Below, piece after piece: positions 48,183-58,245 of a DNA stretch of 64,000 nt. A program made the position numbers and the translations under genes. The DNA comes from Enterobacter phage KKP_3711. Within the stretch, counting starts at the first letter, position 1; every line of letters starts with the position of its first letter. The stretch lies in sequence record PP579741.1. One strand, given 5' to 3'. The notes beneath the pieces were generated by a model that was given only the letters and a program-made list of their open reading frames with translations, was not told the origin of the DNA and made no database searches.

Positions 48183-48212
48183 AGGGGAGGAGACATTAGC
48201 CCCCTCCCCTTA
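48183..48212. terminator. bidirectional hairpin terminator
   Basis: GGGGAGG-agacattagcc-CCCTCCCC. On the minus strand it is followed by TTTTTGTTTTG. Confidence 0.6.
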
Positions 48213-48224
48213 GGAGATTATTGA

Positions 48225-48986
48225 TTACTCAGCAGCTTTCTTAGCGTCCAGTTTTTCACGCTTAGCAGCACCATCATAATCAGCGACTTTAACACCACGA
48301 CGAGACAGCATGCTACGAACACCACGCTCAGTAGTACCAACCTTCTCAGCGATTTCTTTAACAGTCAGATTTGCAACATCCAGACCTTCCAGAACATCAG
48401 CACGTTCTTTAGTAGCCAGTTCACGCTGCTTAGGAATAGCGTTAATACGACCTTCACGCATCAGGCTCAGAGCCTTACCACGAACCTGTTTAACTTCACG
48501 GTTGAATGCAGAAGCGATATCTTCTACGAAAGCACCAGAGTTTACAAGATCAATAAACTTAGCTTCTTCTTCCGGAGTATAAGTACGAGGAGCAGCAACT
48601 TTTTCAGTTGGCTTAACCAGATGAGTCAGTTCTTCACTCAGGATCTTACCCTGAACCTGCTTAGCAGAGAACTTGCTACCACAAACAGCCGCAGCGATTT
48701 CGGTATAAGTATGGGCGTTAGGATTAGCGTCCAGGAACTCTTTCAGTTCAGCAGTATCTTCGTCAGACCATGCAGATTTTGCGGTTTCAGAAGCTTTCTG
48801 AACTTCAAATCCCATCTTACGCAGTTTGGAACCGATTGAACGAGCGGTAACTTCTTTACCAGTTTCTGCACCCATAGCTTCAGCCAGAGCACTTACCTGT
48901 TCTTGAGAGATTACTGCAACGCCCAGAGCACCAGCTTTTGCGTTCAGAGATTCAGTAGTAGTTTCGTTCCACGTTAATTTAGCCAT
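48225..48986 (-). CDS. DNA-binding early protein (D5-like), repeated HTH-like modules
   Basis: 253 aa with three similar about 45-aa modules (EEAKFIDLVNSGAFVEDIA..., LTVKEIAEKVGTTERGVRSML...). Confidence 0.45.
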   Translation of the reverse strand: MAKLTWNETTTESLNAKAGALGVAVISQEQVSALAEAMGAETGKEVTARSIGSKLRKMGFEVQKASETAKSAWSDEDTAELKEFLDANPNAHTYTEIAAAVCGSKFSAKQVQGKILSEELTHLVKPTEKVAAPRTYTPEEEAKFIDLVNSGAFVEDIASAFNREVKQVRGKALSLMREGRINAIPKQRELATKERADVLEGLDVANLTVKEIAEKVGTTERGVRSMLSRRGVKVADYDGAAKREKLDAKKAAE

Positions 48987-48994
48987 GTTATTTA

Positions 48995-49750
48995 TTATCC
49001 TTTAGTATTTTCGATTAATTCGTTAATAGAGATGACAGGAATGTCATACTCTAGAGCTTTAAGATATGAAGAGGAGCTACGTTTGCTCTCATCTTCGCAG
49101 ATCAAATATTTGACATCTTTTGTCACAGATTTCTTAACTGTGAACCCAAGAGATTCCAAATGTGAACTGGCGTCTGTCCTGTTCTTGAAATCTTTCAGGC
49201 TACCAGTAATGCAAATGATAATACCGTTAGATTGAGAAATTGGTGCCGTAACATTAGTTGACGTTTTACCAAATTTCCAAGGTACTTCCATTATATCCTT
49301 GCCAACAAGTGAATCTTTCCATGATTTAAGATTTTCACCTGCCTTGCCGTCTGCTTTAACATCTTCCAGATTATTAAAGTTAACAGCTAGCTTCCTTGCA
49401 GCAACTTCACCGATCAAAGGAATACCGAGCGATCCTAGGAATTGACCGAATTCCATTTCTCCATGAAGTTTTTCTTCCAGTTCCTTTGCTAGCTTGTCTC
49501 CAGTTTTTACACCTACTGCTTCATGCAAATCATCCAGAGTTACATAAAACAGTTCAGAAATCCTTACAAGTCCTAGCTTCTCAATAGTAGCTGGGCCAAA
49601 GCCTTTTAACTTCATCTTTTTACAGAAGTTCTCTAATAACTTTGAGGATTGTGCAGGACAGGATTCTGAATTACGACAGAATAGCTGAGCATTTACTAAT
49701 TCCAACTTACCACCACAAGAGGGGCAAGAGGTTGGCATTTCGATTTTCAT
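48995..49750 (-). CDS. lig: NAD-dependent DNA ligase, C-terminal part (zinc finger, HhH, BRCT)
   Basis: CPSCGGKLELVNAQLFCRNSESCPAQ Cys4 zinc finger, HhH region and a C-terminal BRCT-like region. Separate ORF from the adenylation part. Confidence 0.7.
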   Translation of the reverse strand: MKIEMPTSCPSCGGKLELVNAQLFCRNSESCPAQSSKLLENFCKKMKLKGFGPATIEKLGLVRISELFYVTLDDLHEAVGVKTGDKLAKELEEKLHGEMEFGQFLGSLGIPLIGEVAARKLAVNFNNLEDVKADGKAGENLKSWKDSLVGKDIMEVPWKFGKTSTNVTAPISQSNGIIICITGSLKDFKNRTDASSHLESLGFTVKKSVTKDVKYLICEDESKRSSSSYLKALEYDIPVISINELIENTKG

Positions 49751-49939
49751 TTACTCGTTGTTGCCTCTTCAATTTATATAAATATTATAGCAATAATTTT
49801 GACTCTGAGCAACTACATTTTTAAAGTATTTGCTTGAGGCTTATTGCTTTGAGAGGTTATCCCGAATCAGTGAATATAGTATATACCTCTGATTCGAGAA
49901 AGTCAATTGTAGTTTATTTTTCTGGATAAGAAATCGGGG

Positions 49940-50905
49940 TTAATCAACTCGTTCAACAATTTTTGGAATAACACCACCAGAACGAATTACCCTGACTTGA
50001 CATCCTAACTCTAAACCTAGGGCATTGATATAATCAATGTTGTTAAGGGTAGCTTTTGTAATCCTAGCATCATCAATAACTATTTCTTCGAAATGACCTA
50101 CTGGAGTTACTTTACCAGATTTACCTACATCCCATGTTACTGCTAGTAATGTAGTAACTTCACCTTGTTCATCAACTTTGATAGCATAGGCTCCACGAGG
50201 GAACTTATTAGTCCAACCTAAACGATTAAACTCATTATTGCTATTAAGTCTGACTACTCTACCGTCTGACGGGAACCAAGATAATCTATTAGTCCCTAAT
50301 ACACTAATAAAGCCATGATTTTCCAGCCACTGCATATCTTCGGTATATGTTCCATGGCAACCCACCTTTCCAACTTCACACTGAATACCATATGCTACGA
50401 AAGTAAGTTCAGCTTCATCAATACGATTTTGGAATTCTTTGGGATCTTTAAGACCCATAGCACCAGAAGCATAGTTTCGCATATTTTCTACTGGTTTAGT
50501 AACGGTAACTTCACCAGTAATTTGAGTTGGAACTTTCTGACTGATAGATAATGGGATATTCAGAAGTTTGGCATTTTCTGTAACATCACGTCCTTTAATA
50601 CCATCACCGCGAGTTAGTACTTGAACTAAACGCCCACCAATATACAGTAAAGATATTGCGCATCCATCTAGCTTAGCTGTTTCTACCTGGTCTAGTGACT
50701 TAAAGGGTACTTCATCACCACGATCGAAATATACTTTTTGCAAGGAATACATGCGGTATAAGTGAGGTACATCACCAGTCGGACCGATGGAACCTTCCGC
50801 TTGAGGAAAACGTTTTACTAGACAATCATATTCTTCATCAGAAATAATTGCCATACCATTGTAATATGTTTCCTGGCACTGCTCAATAAAGCTCTTTACG
50901 TTCAC
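49940..50905 (-). CDS. lig: NAD-dependent DNA ligase, N-terminal adenylation / OB part
   Basis: KLDG (KxDG adenylation lysine motif) and a LigA-like N-terminus. 321 aa. Confidence 0.75.
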   Translation of the reverse strand: MNVKSFIEQCQETYYNGMAIISDEEYDCLVKRFPQAEGSIGPTGDVPHLYRMYSLQKVYFDRGDEVPFKSLDQVETAKLDGCAISLLYIGGRLVQVLTRGDGIKGRDVTENAKLLNIPLSISQKVPTQITGEVTVTKPVENMRNYASGAMGLKDPKEFQNRIDEAELTFVAYGIQCEVGKVGCHGTYTEDMQWLENHGFISVLGTNRLSWFPSDGRVVRLNSNNEFNRLGWTNKFPRGAYAIKVDEQGEVTTLLAVTWDVGKSGKVTPVGHFEEIVIDDARITKATLNNIDYINALGLELGCQVRVIRSGGVIPKIVERVD

Positions 50906-51531
50906 ACAATTTCTCCAGCACGTTTTTTGTAAAGTAAATCTAAATGACCTTTAACACCTAGATTATAGCATGGAATATTATATCGAGTGGCTAGCTTCCA
51001 AGCACTTGCAGTACCTCCCAATGCATTACCAAAACGATCTGTCTCAGCATAGCAAATAAGAAATTCTGAAGGAGTATTAAGATCACGTCCTAAAACCTGA
51101 TACATATTACGAATGTGTGCTTCTCTAGCAAATCCACGTAAAAATTGACCTTTAGGATGAATACTAAACATTAAATCCTCTGCTTCTTCATAATTATCCC
51201 ACTCAGAAGGATCTAATTCACCCAGTCGACCATACTTTACATTAAAACGTTTATTTGGTACATAAATTTCTTGTTTAAGACGAGTACTACTAATCATCGC
51301 CTTTTGTTTGTGCTGATATTCTGCTCCTCGCTGAAAAGCATAATCAGAACCATCTGCTCTACCAGATCTTAGTATGTAATCAGCACCGTACAATACAACT
51401 GCTATATTACTCATTAAATCTGTAATATTTTCAGGAGTATTTCGTGAACCCACTCCTGTATAGAATTTAGACTTCATAAAATTTAGGTTCCCTACTATCT
51501 CCGTGCCATGTAAAATCTTTACATAATCCAT
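50902..51531 (-). CDS. DprA/Smf-like (SLOG Rossmann) protein
   Basis: YTGVGSR...ILRSGRADGSDYAFQRGA...GGTASA resembles the DprA SGxArGID...AHrgA core. Confidence 0.4.
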   Translation of the reverse strand: MDYVKILHGTEIVGNLNFMKSKFYTGVGSRNTPENITDLMSNIAVVLYGADYILRSGRADGSDYAFQRGAEYQHKQKAMISSTRLKQEIYVPNKRFNVKYGRLGELDPSEWDNYEEAEDLMFSIHPKGQFLRGFAREAHIRNMYQVLGRDLNTPSEFLICYAETDRFGNALGGTASAWKLATRYNIPCYNLGVKGHLDLLYKKRAGEIV

Positions 51532-51736
51532 AGAAAGATGTTTTTACAATTCTTTCAGAGTTAGGTGAGTATATCTCTACCATAAGTTGATTATGTTCAT
51601 AAGTATATGAAACTAATTTGTATCCACTTCTACTTTTATGGTACTTTTGTCCATTAATTTTCTCAGTCCAGACCAAAATTAAAGACTGCCCTATAAAGGG
51701 TAGAGGCTTATATGCATCTATTATAATAGGTTTCAT
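51467..51736 (-). CDS. hypothetical protein
   Basis: 89-aa ORF. Confidence 0.3.
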   Translation of the reverse strand: MKPIIIDAYKPLPFIGQSLILVWTEKINGQKYHKSRSGYKLVSYTYEHNQLMVEIYSPNSERIVKTSFYGLCKDFTWHGDSREPKFYEV

Positions 51737-51796
51737 TATGATATCCTCATTGATTTATAAGAATATTATAATAAATTTTTAACGTTTAAGCAAGTA

Positions 51797-51833
51797 ATAA
51801 AAAAGCCAAAGACACTATTCATCTTTGGCTTTG
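51797..51833 (-). terminator. rho-independent terminator (minus strand)
   Basis: AAAGCCAAAGA-cactattca-TCTTTGGCTTT with a T-run on the minus strand. Overlaps the stop codon of the 104-aa gene. Confidence 0.6.
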
Positions 51834-52129
51834 TTTGCTTCTATCATTACTTCTTGCAGAACCTCTGCCTCACTCAGTATTTCCACAAGTGCTTTGAATA
51901 GTCTAGAAGTTGAATCGAGGTTATACGGCATAGAGAAGCCAGCTTTTGTAGGAACCCATTCATTTTCTAGATCCATAATCCAATAGCGAATTCCGAGGTA
52001 CAGATTGCCCCGGAATTCTGATATAGTCAATCTAACCTGTTGGCCATCATCTTTTTCCCAGATGATTACAGATTGTTCATCCTCATGACCAACATAGTCT
52101 TGATTAACTCTTTCGCTTTGGTTTGCCAA
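51815..52129 (-). CDS. hypothetical protein
   Basis: 104-aa ORF. Confidence 0.3.
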   Translation of the reverse strand: MANQSERVNQDYVGHEDEQSVIIWEKDDGQQVRLTISEFRGNLYLGIRYWIMDLENEWVPTKAGFSMPYNLDSTSRLFKALVEILSEAEVLQEVMIEANKAKDE

Positions 52130-52406
52130 ACGGAGAAGCTTTATCCAACTCCGAATTTAGTGAGGTAATACGACGGATCTTTTTCGTAGGGAGATAGCGG
52201 AAGCTATCATTTGTACGACTAAATACCAGAATTTCGTCCTCTTTAGCGGGACGTGGATTTTCATCCTTGAAACGTTTTGCGAGGTATTTGTCAGTAAAAT
52301 CTATAGTACCTTGTAGGTAAGTAACTCCGCGTTCACGGAGTTTCTCATACTTGATATAGAATTCACCAAACTGGTCACACTGCGCAAGAATTGTTGCTTT
52401 ATCCAT
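52104..52406 (-). CDS. hypothetical protein
   Basis: 100-aa ORF. Confidence 0.3.
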   Translation of the reverse strand: MDKATILAQCDQFGEFYIKYEKLRERGVTYLQGTIDFTDKYLAKRFKDENPRPAKEDEILVFSRTNDSFRYLPTKKIRRITSLNSELDKASPFGKPKRKS

Positions 52407-52428
52407 GTTTGCTTCCTTCTATATTGGA

Positions 52429-52830
52429 TTATTTGGTTACTTTACGGATCAGTTCTGCCAGATGCAGAGCGGCTTTACCAGTAAGTTTTTCGATAATTTC
52501 AGCGTCGATATCTTCATCGGTAACACCACCGTCAGTCAGAGCTGCTTTCAGTTCTGCGTGAGCAGTTGCCTTAGAAGTACGAGAACCACCTTTAGATTCA
52601 CCAGATTTTGCTTTGCTGGTGGATGCAGTTTGTTCTTTCTTAACATAGCAACCATCTTTAGACAGTTTCATACGGAAACCGTTACTAGATGTACCGTAAG
52701 CCTGAGCAATTTCTGCAACTACTTCAGATGAATGTTTTGGAGCATCAGCACCCAATTCTTCCATTCGAGACAGATACTCTTGTTTCATCTCTGCAAAAAC
52801 TTCGTCAGTCCACTTAAATACTTCTGCCAT
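52429..52830 (-). CDS. hypothetical DNA-binding-like protein (Lys/Ser-rich linker)
   Basis: 133 aa. Preceded by a consensus promoter. Confidence 0.35.
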   Translation of the reverse strand: MAEVFKWTDEVFAEMKQEYLSRMEELGADAPKHSSEVVAEIAQAYGTSSNGFRMKLSKDGCYVKKEQTASTSKAKSGESKGGSRTSKATAHAELKAALTDGGVTDEDIDAEIIEKLTGKAALHLAELIRKVTK

Positions 52831-52888
52831 ATTATGTTTATCCTTTATGTTGTTTAAGAAAAGTTTTCATAGTTCGTTTCCAAACTAT

Positions 52889-52923
52889 GAGAATATTATA
52901 TCAAGTTAATAGGTACTAAGCAA
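52889..52923 (-). promoter_or_regulatory. sigma70 early promoter (TTGCTT-N17-TATAAT with TG extension) plus conserved leader
   Basis: Minus-strand reading TTGCTTagtacctattaactTGaTATAAT followed by the same ATTCTCATAGTTTGGAAACGAA leader as at 41281-41311. Confidence 0.6.
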
Positions 52924-52932
52924 CCACAATTT

Positions 52933-53226
52933 TTAAATTATTACCCAATCGTCCGCACAATGATCTTCCTCATCTAGCTTAAAACTATAAGGTATAGTAT
53001 CTCCATCCCTGCACTTACACATAGGGATTTCGCTAACACGTACTTCTAATTCCCCCACAGTACACTTATTTCGTTTGGAAAATAATACTTCAAAACTAGT
53101 AATAATATGAGTTCTGCTAGTTAGTTCCAGCCAGAACTCTAAATACTTCTTATTCCAAGAAGGGCGAGTTACTGAAATAGTAACTCCTGCCTGTGTCATA
53201 CTCGCTCTGATTTCATCAAGAGTCAT
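52933..53226 (-). CDS. hypothetical protein
   Basis: 97-aa ORF. Confidence 0.3.
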   Translation of the reverse strand: MTLDEIRASMTQAGVTISVTRPSWNKKYLEFWLELTSRTHIITSFEVLFSKRNKCTVGELEVRVSEIPMCKCRDGDTIPYSFKLDEEDHCADDWVII

Positions 53227-53924
53227 TAGTCTTTATCCTTATTTGCTTGCTTACGTGCTTTTGCTAAAGCCTCATTAAGCAAAGGAATTGTATTTTCACG
53301 AGTCCACCCATGATAACCTAATGACTTAATGTTAACACCTAGCTCCTTAAAAGGCTTCATGCTACCTAAATCCCAACCATGTTGGTGAACAAATTTTTGA
53401 CGATCTTCTGCTAACAACCACACACGATATACATCGTTATCCATTACTTTACGGATTACACCCATGCACTGATAAGCAGATACCCACACTTCTTCATCTA
53501 ATTCAAAAGAATCAGCCATAAGCTGTTCTGGAATTTCAGGTGGATTCAATTCCAAAGGTTTTGCAGGATCTAACTTCTCAGAAAATTTAAGGTTTGCACC
53601 TCTGCGTTCTAGTTCTGCTTTAACCATTGCAGTTGAACGATACAAACGATTTGCAATTTCATCTAAAGAATCACCTTGTAAGTAACTTTCAATGATGATT
53701 ACAATTTCATGTGGTTGTAGAGGTGTTCCGCGCTTTTTCTTTTTCATTTCAGCAGACATTACCTGCTGATCTTGCCATTCTTGGATTAGACGTTCCATCG
53801 TAGCATTAGAACCAACGCCTAAAATTTCACAAGCACCTTTTTTGGTATTACCGTCTTCTAGCCATTTGATGGCTTCTTTGAATTTTTCATCAGAAATGGT
53901 ATGTGCTTTAATTCCACGAGCCAT
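53226..53924 (-). CDS. HTH DNA-binding protein (two HTH-like segments)
   Basis: N-terminal ACEILGVGSNATMERL and central DSLDEIANRLYRSTAMVKAELERRG. Confidence 0.4.
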   Translation of the reverse strand: MARGIKAHTISDEKFKEAIKWLEDGNTKKGACEILGVGSNATMERLIQEWQDQQVMSAEMKKKKRGTPLQPHEIVIIIESYLQGDSLDEIANRLYRSTAMVKAELERRGANLKFSEKLDPAKPLELNPPEIPEQLMADSFELDEEVWVSAYQCMGVIRKVMDNDVYRVWLLAEDRQKFVHQHGWDLGSMKPFKELGVNIKSLGYHGWTRENTIPLLNEALAKARKQANKDKD

Positions 53925-53991
53925 AACAGTCTCCTCTCATCAATTTATAAAACTATTATACGTGAAATTTAACTATTTTGCAAATACAAAT

Positions 53992-54237
53992 TTATTCAAA
54001 ATCATCGAAACGCTCTTGGCTTTGGTGGTACTGTATTAGTTCAGAGATTGTTCTATAGGCTTTTTTCAAATCGTAAGGAATAGTGGTTGATAACCTAATA
54101 GTCCTATCTTTGTAAAGCCAGTCTGCAATATCTGGAATACGAGCCAATAAAGGCGGGACAACCCTACAAATAGGATCTCCCGCCTTTTTAGGTTTAGAGA
54201 CTTTGGGACGTTTATACACAGGATCCCATTTACTCAA
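53992..54237 (-). CDS. hypothetical protein
   Basis: 81-aa ORF. Confidence 0.3.
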   Translation of the reverse strand: MSKWDPVYKRPKVSKPKKAGDPICRVVPPLLARIPDIADWLYKDRTIRLSTTIPYDLKKAYRTISELIQYHQSQERFDDFE

Positions 54238-56972
54238 ATTTCAGTCACCTCTTCTCCATGTGTATGGATATTTAACAGAGTTCTAGGAATACCAATACCT
54301 TCCTTAGCACAATATATTTTAACCCATTCTACCACATGATCATATTCAAGATTATAACCAATACCTATTGAATACAGAACATGCGACAATCTACTAGCTT
54401 TATAATGAAAACCAAAAGCGTGATAAAAACCTTTCTTATTACTAGAGATGTATTGACGCAATGCACCAATTTTATCTTTAGCTGCTCTGGCTTTCTTAAT
54501 TAATGGGATAATATATGATGCAGACTGCATTAACATAATAGCTCGTTCTTCAGGTCTATTTTTAACATACCACACCGCATCTTCCATTTCAATCTCTTCG
54601 ACTGTCTTTTCTAGATACATTGCACACTTTTGTTTTTCTTCAAAAGCATTCTGGTACATTGGAATAATACCTTGAGCCTGTGAAGCCATAATAGCTTCCG
54701 CATGTTTAACTTTCTCGGCAGCTCGATTAGGTTTAATAATATCCCAATCTGCAATATCTGCCTTGCTGAGAATGTCTATCTCTGCACCCTGATCTGCTAA
54801 CAAATAACGTAAAGTACCTGCATAGGCTTGAGATTCACGCAAATAACGAGCTTCCATAATTTCTTTAGAACCAGTTAATATTTCACCAATTCCACTGAAA
54901 ATATCTTTTAATGTAACCCCATCAATATAAGGACTACTACACTGTGGTGCCACATAATAACAGATAAACTTAGCTCCACGATCTCGACGAATTGCCTGGA
55001 ATCGAACATACGGAGTATGGATTGGAGTATCAGTTACAGAAAATACGTTATCAAAATACCTAAAGTCAACCCCGTTAGTAACACTTGGACTACAGATTAA
55101 ACCAGCTACTTTCTGTTTGAGAAGCTCTTTGTTAGTATATTGCAGAATCTTTCTGTTTACTTTCTCTAGTGAAGAATCACTATGAATAGCTCGAACAACT
55201 CCTGAAAACTGTTCACAGATTACTTCTAGATACGCATTAATGGTACTAGGTCCTTCGGTTGTTACCATTAAGGACTTCTGACCAGCTACTAAAGATTCAA
55301 AGAACCATGTCCAAACTGCTTTAGATGTTGGAACTTCTACTGCGCGAACTCCATCAAGCATTTTACGATCATGAAGAATTAGATCGATATCTTTTTCATC
55401 TTCAATAATTTGAGAATATAATTTGATAGTTTCTTCTGATAAGTCACCATCTGCCAGAACAACATAAGTTGCACTGTTAATTAATTCTGCAAATGCTCGT
55501 AAAATCTGTGGACGTCTTGCTTCGGTTAATGAAGATTTCAGAAGATCATTTAAGATTGCGTCTGCTTCATCCAAAAACAGAAAATCACAACCACATCCTA
55601 AAAGTCTATGAGTAGAATGAATTGTAATTGACAATCTCTCTACATCACCACTAGCGTATGCATCAGCACCACCATCAGAATATGATTCCATTCCTAGTTT
55701 TAAAGCATTTGCTTCTACTAGAGATACAGTGTTTGTAATTGCAACACATCGTTTACCAACTAATTCTGGAGATTTTAACCATTGAGCTACAGTATGAGTT
55801 TTACCAGACCCAAGACTGGCCTTAATAAACGTTAGTTTATGTTTGGCCGGAAGCTCTTTAATGTCAAGATAATTACCTTTAGCATTTGGTACAATTACAT
55901 TAACACCAGGCATACTAATTTCACGTTTCGCATTAGATACCCATGCATGAACTGCTGCTTTTCTGGCGTTATTAACATAATCTGCGGGAACTTTCTGTTT
56001 ATCATTATCCATTACATATCTTTCAATATGTGGTAGAATGGCTCTGTCCAATGCATCGAAAGAATAACCTTCGGCAAGAGCTTTATGATAAATACGAAGA
56101 ATGTGACGAGTATACCATTCATCACTTTGTTCTGGCAGATTTTCTAACTCACGTTCAAGAATTGGAGAAGGAGTTTTCTGGAAGTTAATTTTTCCATAAA
56201 GTTCAAACTCTTTATCTGTTACTCTGGAACGGTTATAGGTTTTCTCAATATCCCTGTAGTAATCAGGTGGAGTCATTTTTGCACCCTTACGTTTAATAAG
56301 GCGAGGCAAATTCTCCACAACAAAGGGATCTTTACAACGTTGGAATGTCGGACTAGCAAAATATAGAATGTGAACGCGATGATAAAGTGAGGTATCTATT
56401 AATGCTTTCTTTGTTCCCATCTTTTCACGATACTCATTATTTAGAGATGCAAAAAGTTGCCCTAACTGAATAGGGTTCAAAGCAATATTGCTTTCTAAGA
56501 ACATGTGTGCACGAATACCTGACTTAATACCAGCAGATGCTGAGCCTTGAACAATATATCCTAAATCTTTAGGGAAAATGTCTGGACGTAAGTCATGCAA
56601 AATACTTGCAATGTGTTCACCAACCTTATACATATTACAAGGGTTTACGGATGACTCTAGGTTATCGATGTCCAAACATACAATATTACTTTCCACCAGA
56701 GGTGAAAAAGCCTCGGATACCCTTCTTAATGAACTTGGGCTATCTCCGATATATCGTTCTCGAATTACAGCAACATCCTGTCGTCCCATGAGTGATTCTA
56801 CAAAATCAAACATTTCGTCTAAAGATTCCGGATACACTTCATCCTCTAGCACAAACCTAGATACTTTGGGAACTGACTGGAGTTCTACATAGTTGCCACT
56901 GTTGTCCATACCAAATTGTTTTGAAAACCTAGTATTATTACGACGACCCCAAGCTTTCAATAATGTAAACAC
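54234..56972 (-). CDS. replication origin-binding-type SF2 ATPase/helicase
   Basis: 912 aa. Walker A LGSGKTHT, DEAD-like FLFLDEAD. GTG start with GGAAGGA SD. Confidence 0.6.
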   Translation of the reverse strand: MFTLLKAWGRRNNTRFSKQFGMDNSGNYVELQSVPKVSRFVLEDEVYPESLDEMFDFVESLMGRQDVAVIRERYIGDSPSSLRRVSEAFSPLVESNIVCLDIDNLESSVNPCNMYKVGEHIASILHDLRPDIFPKDLGYIVQGSASAGIKSGIRAHMFLESNIALNPIQLGQLFASLNNEYREKMGTKKALIDTSLYHRVHILYFASPTFQRCKDPFVVENLPRLIKRKGAKMTPPDYYRDIEKTYNRSRVTDKEFELYGKINFQKTPSPILERELENLPEQSDEWYTRHILRIYHKALAEGYSFDALDRAILPHIERYVMDNDKQKVPADYVNNARKAAVHAWVSNAKREISMPGVNVIVPNAKGNYLDIKELPAKHKLTFIKASLGSGKTHTVAQWLKSPELVGKRCVAITNTVSLVEANALKLGMESYSDGGADAYASGDVERLSITIHSTHRLLGCGCDFLFLDEADAILNDLLKSSLTEARRPQILRAFAELINSATYVVLADGDLSEETIKLYSQIIEDEKDIDLILHDRKMLDGVRAVEVPTSKAVWTWFFESLVAGQKSLMVTTEGPSTINAYLEVICEQFSGVVRAIHSDSSLEKVNRKILQYTNKELLKQKVAGLICSPSVTNGVDFRYFDNVFSVTDTPIHTPYVRFQAIRRDRGAKFICYYVAPQCSSPYIDGVTLKDIFSGIGEILTGSKEIMEARYLRESQAYAGTLRYLLADQGAEIDILSKADIADWDIIKPNRAAEKVKHAEAIMASQAQGIIPMYQNAFEEKQKCAMYLEKTVEEIEMEDAVWYVKNRPEERAIMLMQSASYIIPLIKKARAAKDKIGALRQYISSNKKGFYHAFGFHYKASRLSHVLYSIGIGYNLEYDHVVEWVKIYCAKEGIGIPRTLLNIHTHGEEVTEI

Positions 56973-56989
56973 TAATATTTCCTTCCGGT

Positions 56990-57024
56990 GAAGAAAAATA
57001 AAGCCATAACAACATTATTATGGC
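56990..57024 (-). terminator. hairpin plus T-run (minus strand) at the low-coordinate end of the GC-rich ORF-free island
   Basis: GCCATAA-caacatta-TTATGGC. The minus strand is followed by TTTATTTTTCTTC. Confidence 0.45.
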
Positions 57025-58206
57025 ATACACAAAAGAACTACCAATATACTCATTAATCGTGGGATTAATAGTACCCTGCTTTCTGGCTACGCATCATGCT
57101 GCATTGCACAAACATGAAGAAGATCTAATATCTAGTTTCACCTTACTCGCACATCCACTTAATGGGTGTTTCTTAATTTCCAGTATAATCCGATATTTTG
57201 CGGTCGATGGTAGACAAACCTTGATTGATACTGTCCCATAACTTTAAGTGGGGAAGTTTCATGCACTGTTCCTTGTTAGTTATCACCCTAATCATGTATA
57301 ACCACGCTCTTGAATTAGTCGACGGGGAAAGCCGGCAAGCATCTCTCCCTCAGTCCAGAACCTCAGATCCCATAGCTAGTACGACGTTTTCCTAAAGTGC
57401 TTTTAGGTCAGTCTTGGCATTCAGCACCGTCTCTTGCTTATCACATATATTCAGGGGTTCGCACCCTTCGTAAAGACAGTTATCATCCTAATAGGTATGA
57501 AAACTCTGCCCCTAATATGTAGCTCAGCTTTACTCCCAGTACTAGCGTGATCAGGCCAATTTTTCCTCCCATCCCGGTCGGCACGCCCCGTTGCTTATGG
57601 TCGGGGAAGACTCGTGGGTTTCTGCGACTTGAATCGATCTTATCTTCTTCGAAATACTTCTGCACATCATTGTCCCACAGACTTACGAGAGGTCATTGAA
57701 CGCCGAGTTATGTTACGACGACAGAAGTATGCATACGCTTTAATATGCTGTTTTGTTAGGCTCCAGAGGCCGCCGGCACCACCGGTCGATCTGCTCCTCG
57801 GACTTGTAAGGTGTAAACACTCGAACGCATCCTCTAACCCACATGTGCGCTTGACTCTACAGCTTTTCACATGTACTTATCACCATTGCATCCCATGCTC
57901 AGGTCTTCAATCCGTCCGTCTAGCAACTCGTCTCTCATTATTGGATTTGCGGTCGAATAATAAGTTCTTAGCTCTAGAGTTTCAGAAGGTCGTAAAGCTT
58001 TTCCCTCAGGTCTACTTTACAATTTTTGACTTATATAATTGGTTGAGTATGAAATAGCTCTACGATTGAATTAACCCCCGTAAGTGAGCACGTATTTCAT
58101 AGAAATTTACTTTAGGTATAATCTCCTCAACTGATACAAATATTATACCTAAAATTAATCTCATTGGCAACTAAAATTTTAAAATGATGATCGGACAGCA
58201 TAAAAA

Positions 58207-58240
58207 GACCCTGTAAACCAATTTAGTCTACAGGGTCTAA
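58207..58240 (-). terminator. hairpin terminator candidate
   Basis: AGACCCTGTA-aaccaatttagtc-TACAGGGTCT inverted repeat downstream of the 68-aa ORF. Confidence 0.4.
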
Positions 58241-58245
58241 CGGAT

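Noticed and set aside
57240-58060. tRNA genes in the GC-rich island
   Set aside because: No GTTCGAATC/GTTCRANTC T-loop with flanking 5-bp stem and no AGCTCAGTTGG-type D-loop was found on either strand. The closest candidates (GGGGTTCGCACCC, GATTCAAGTC) do not form acceptable T-arms.
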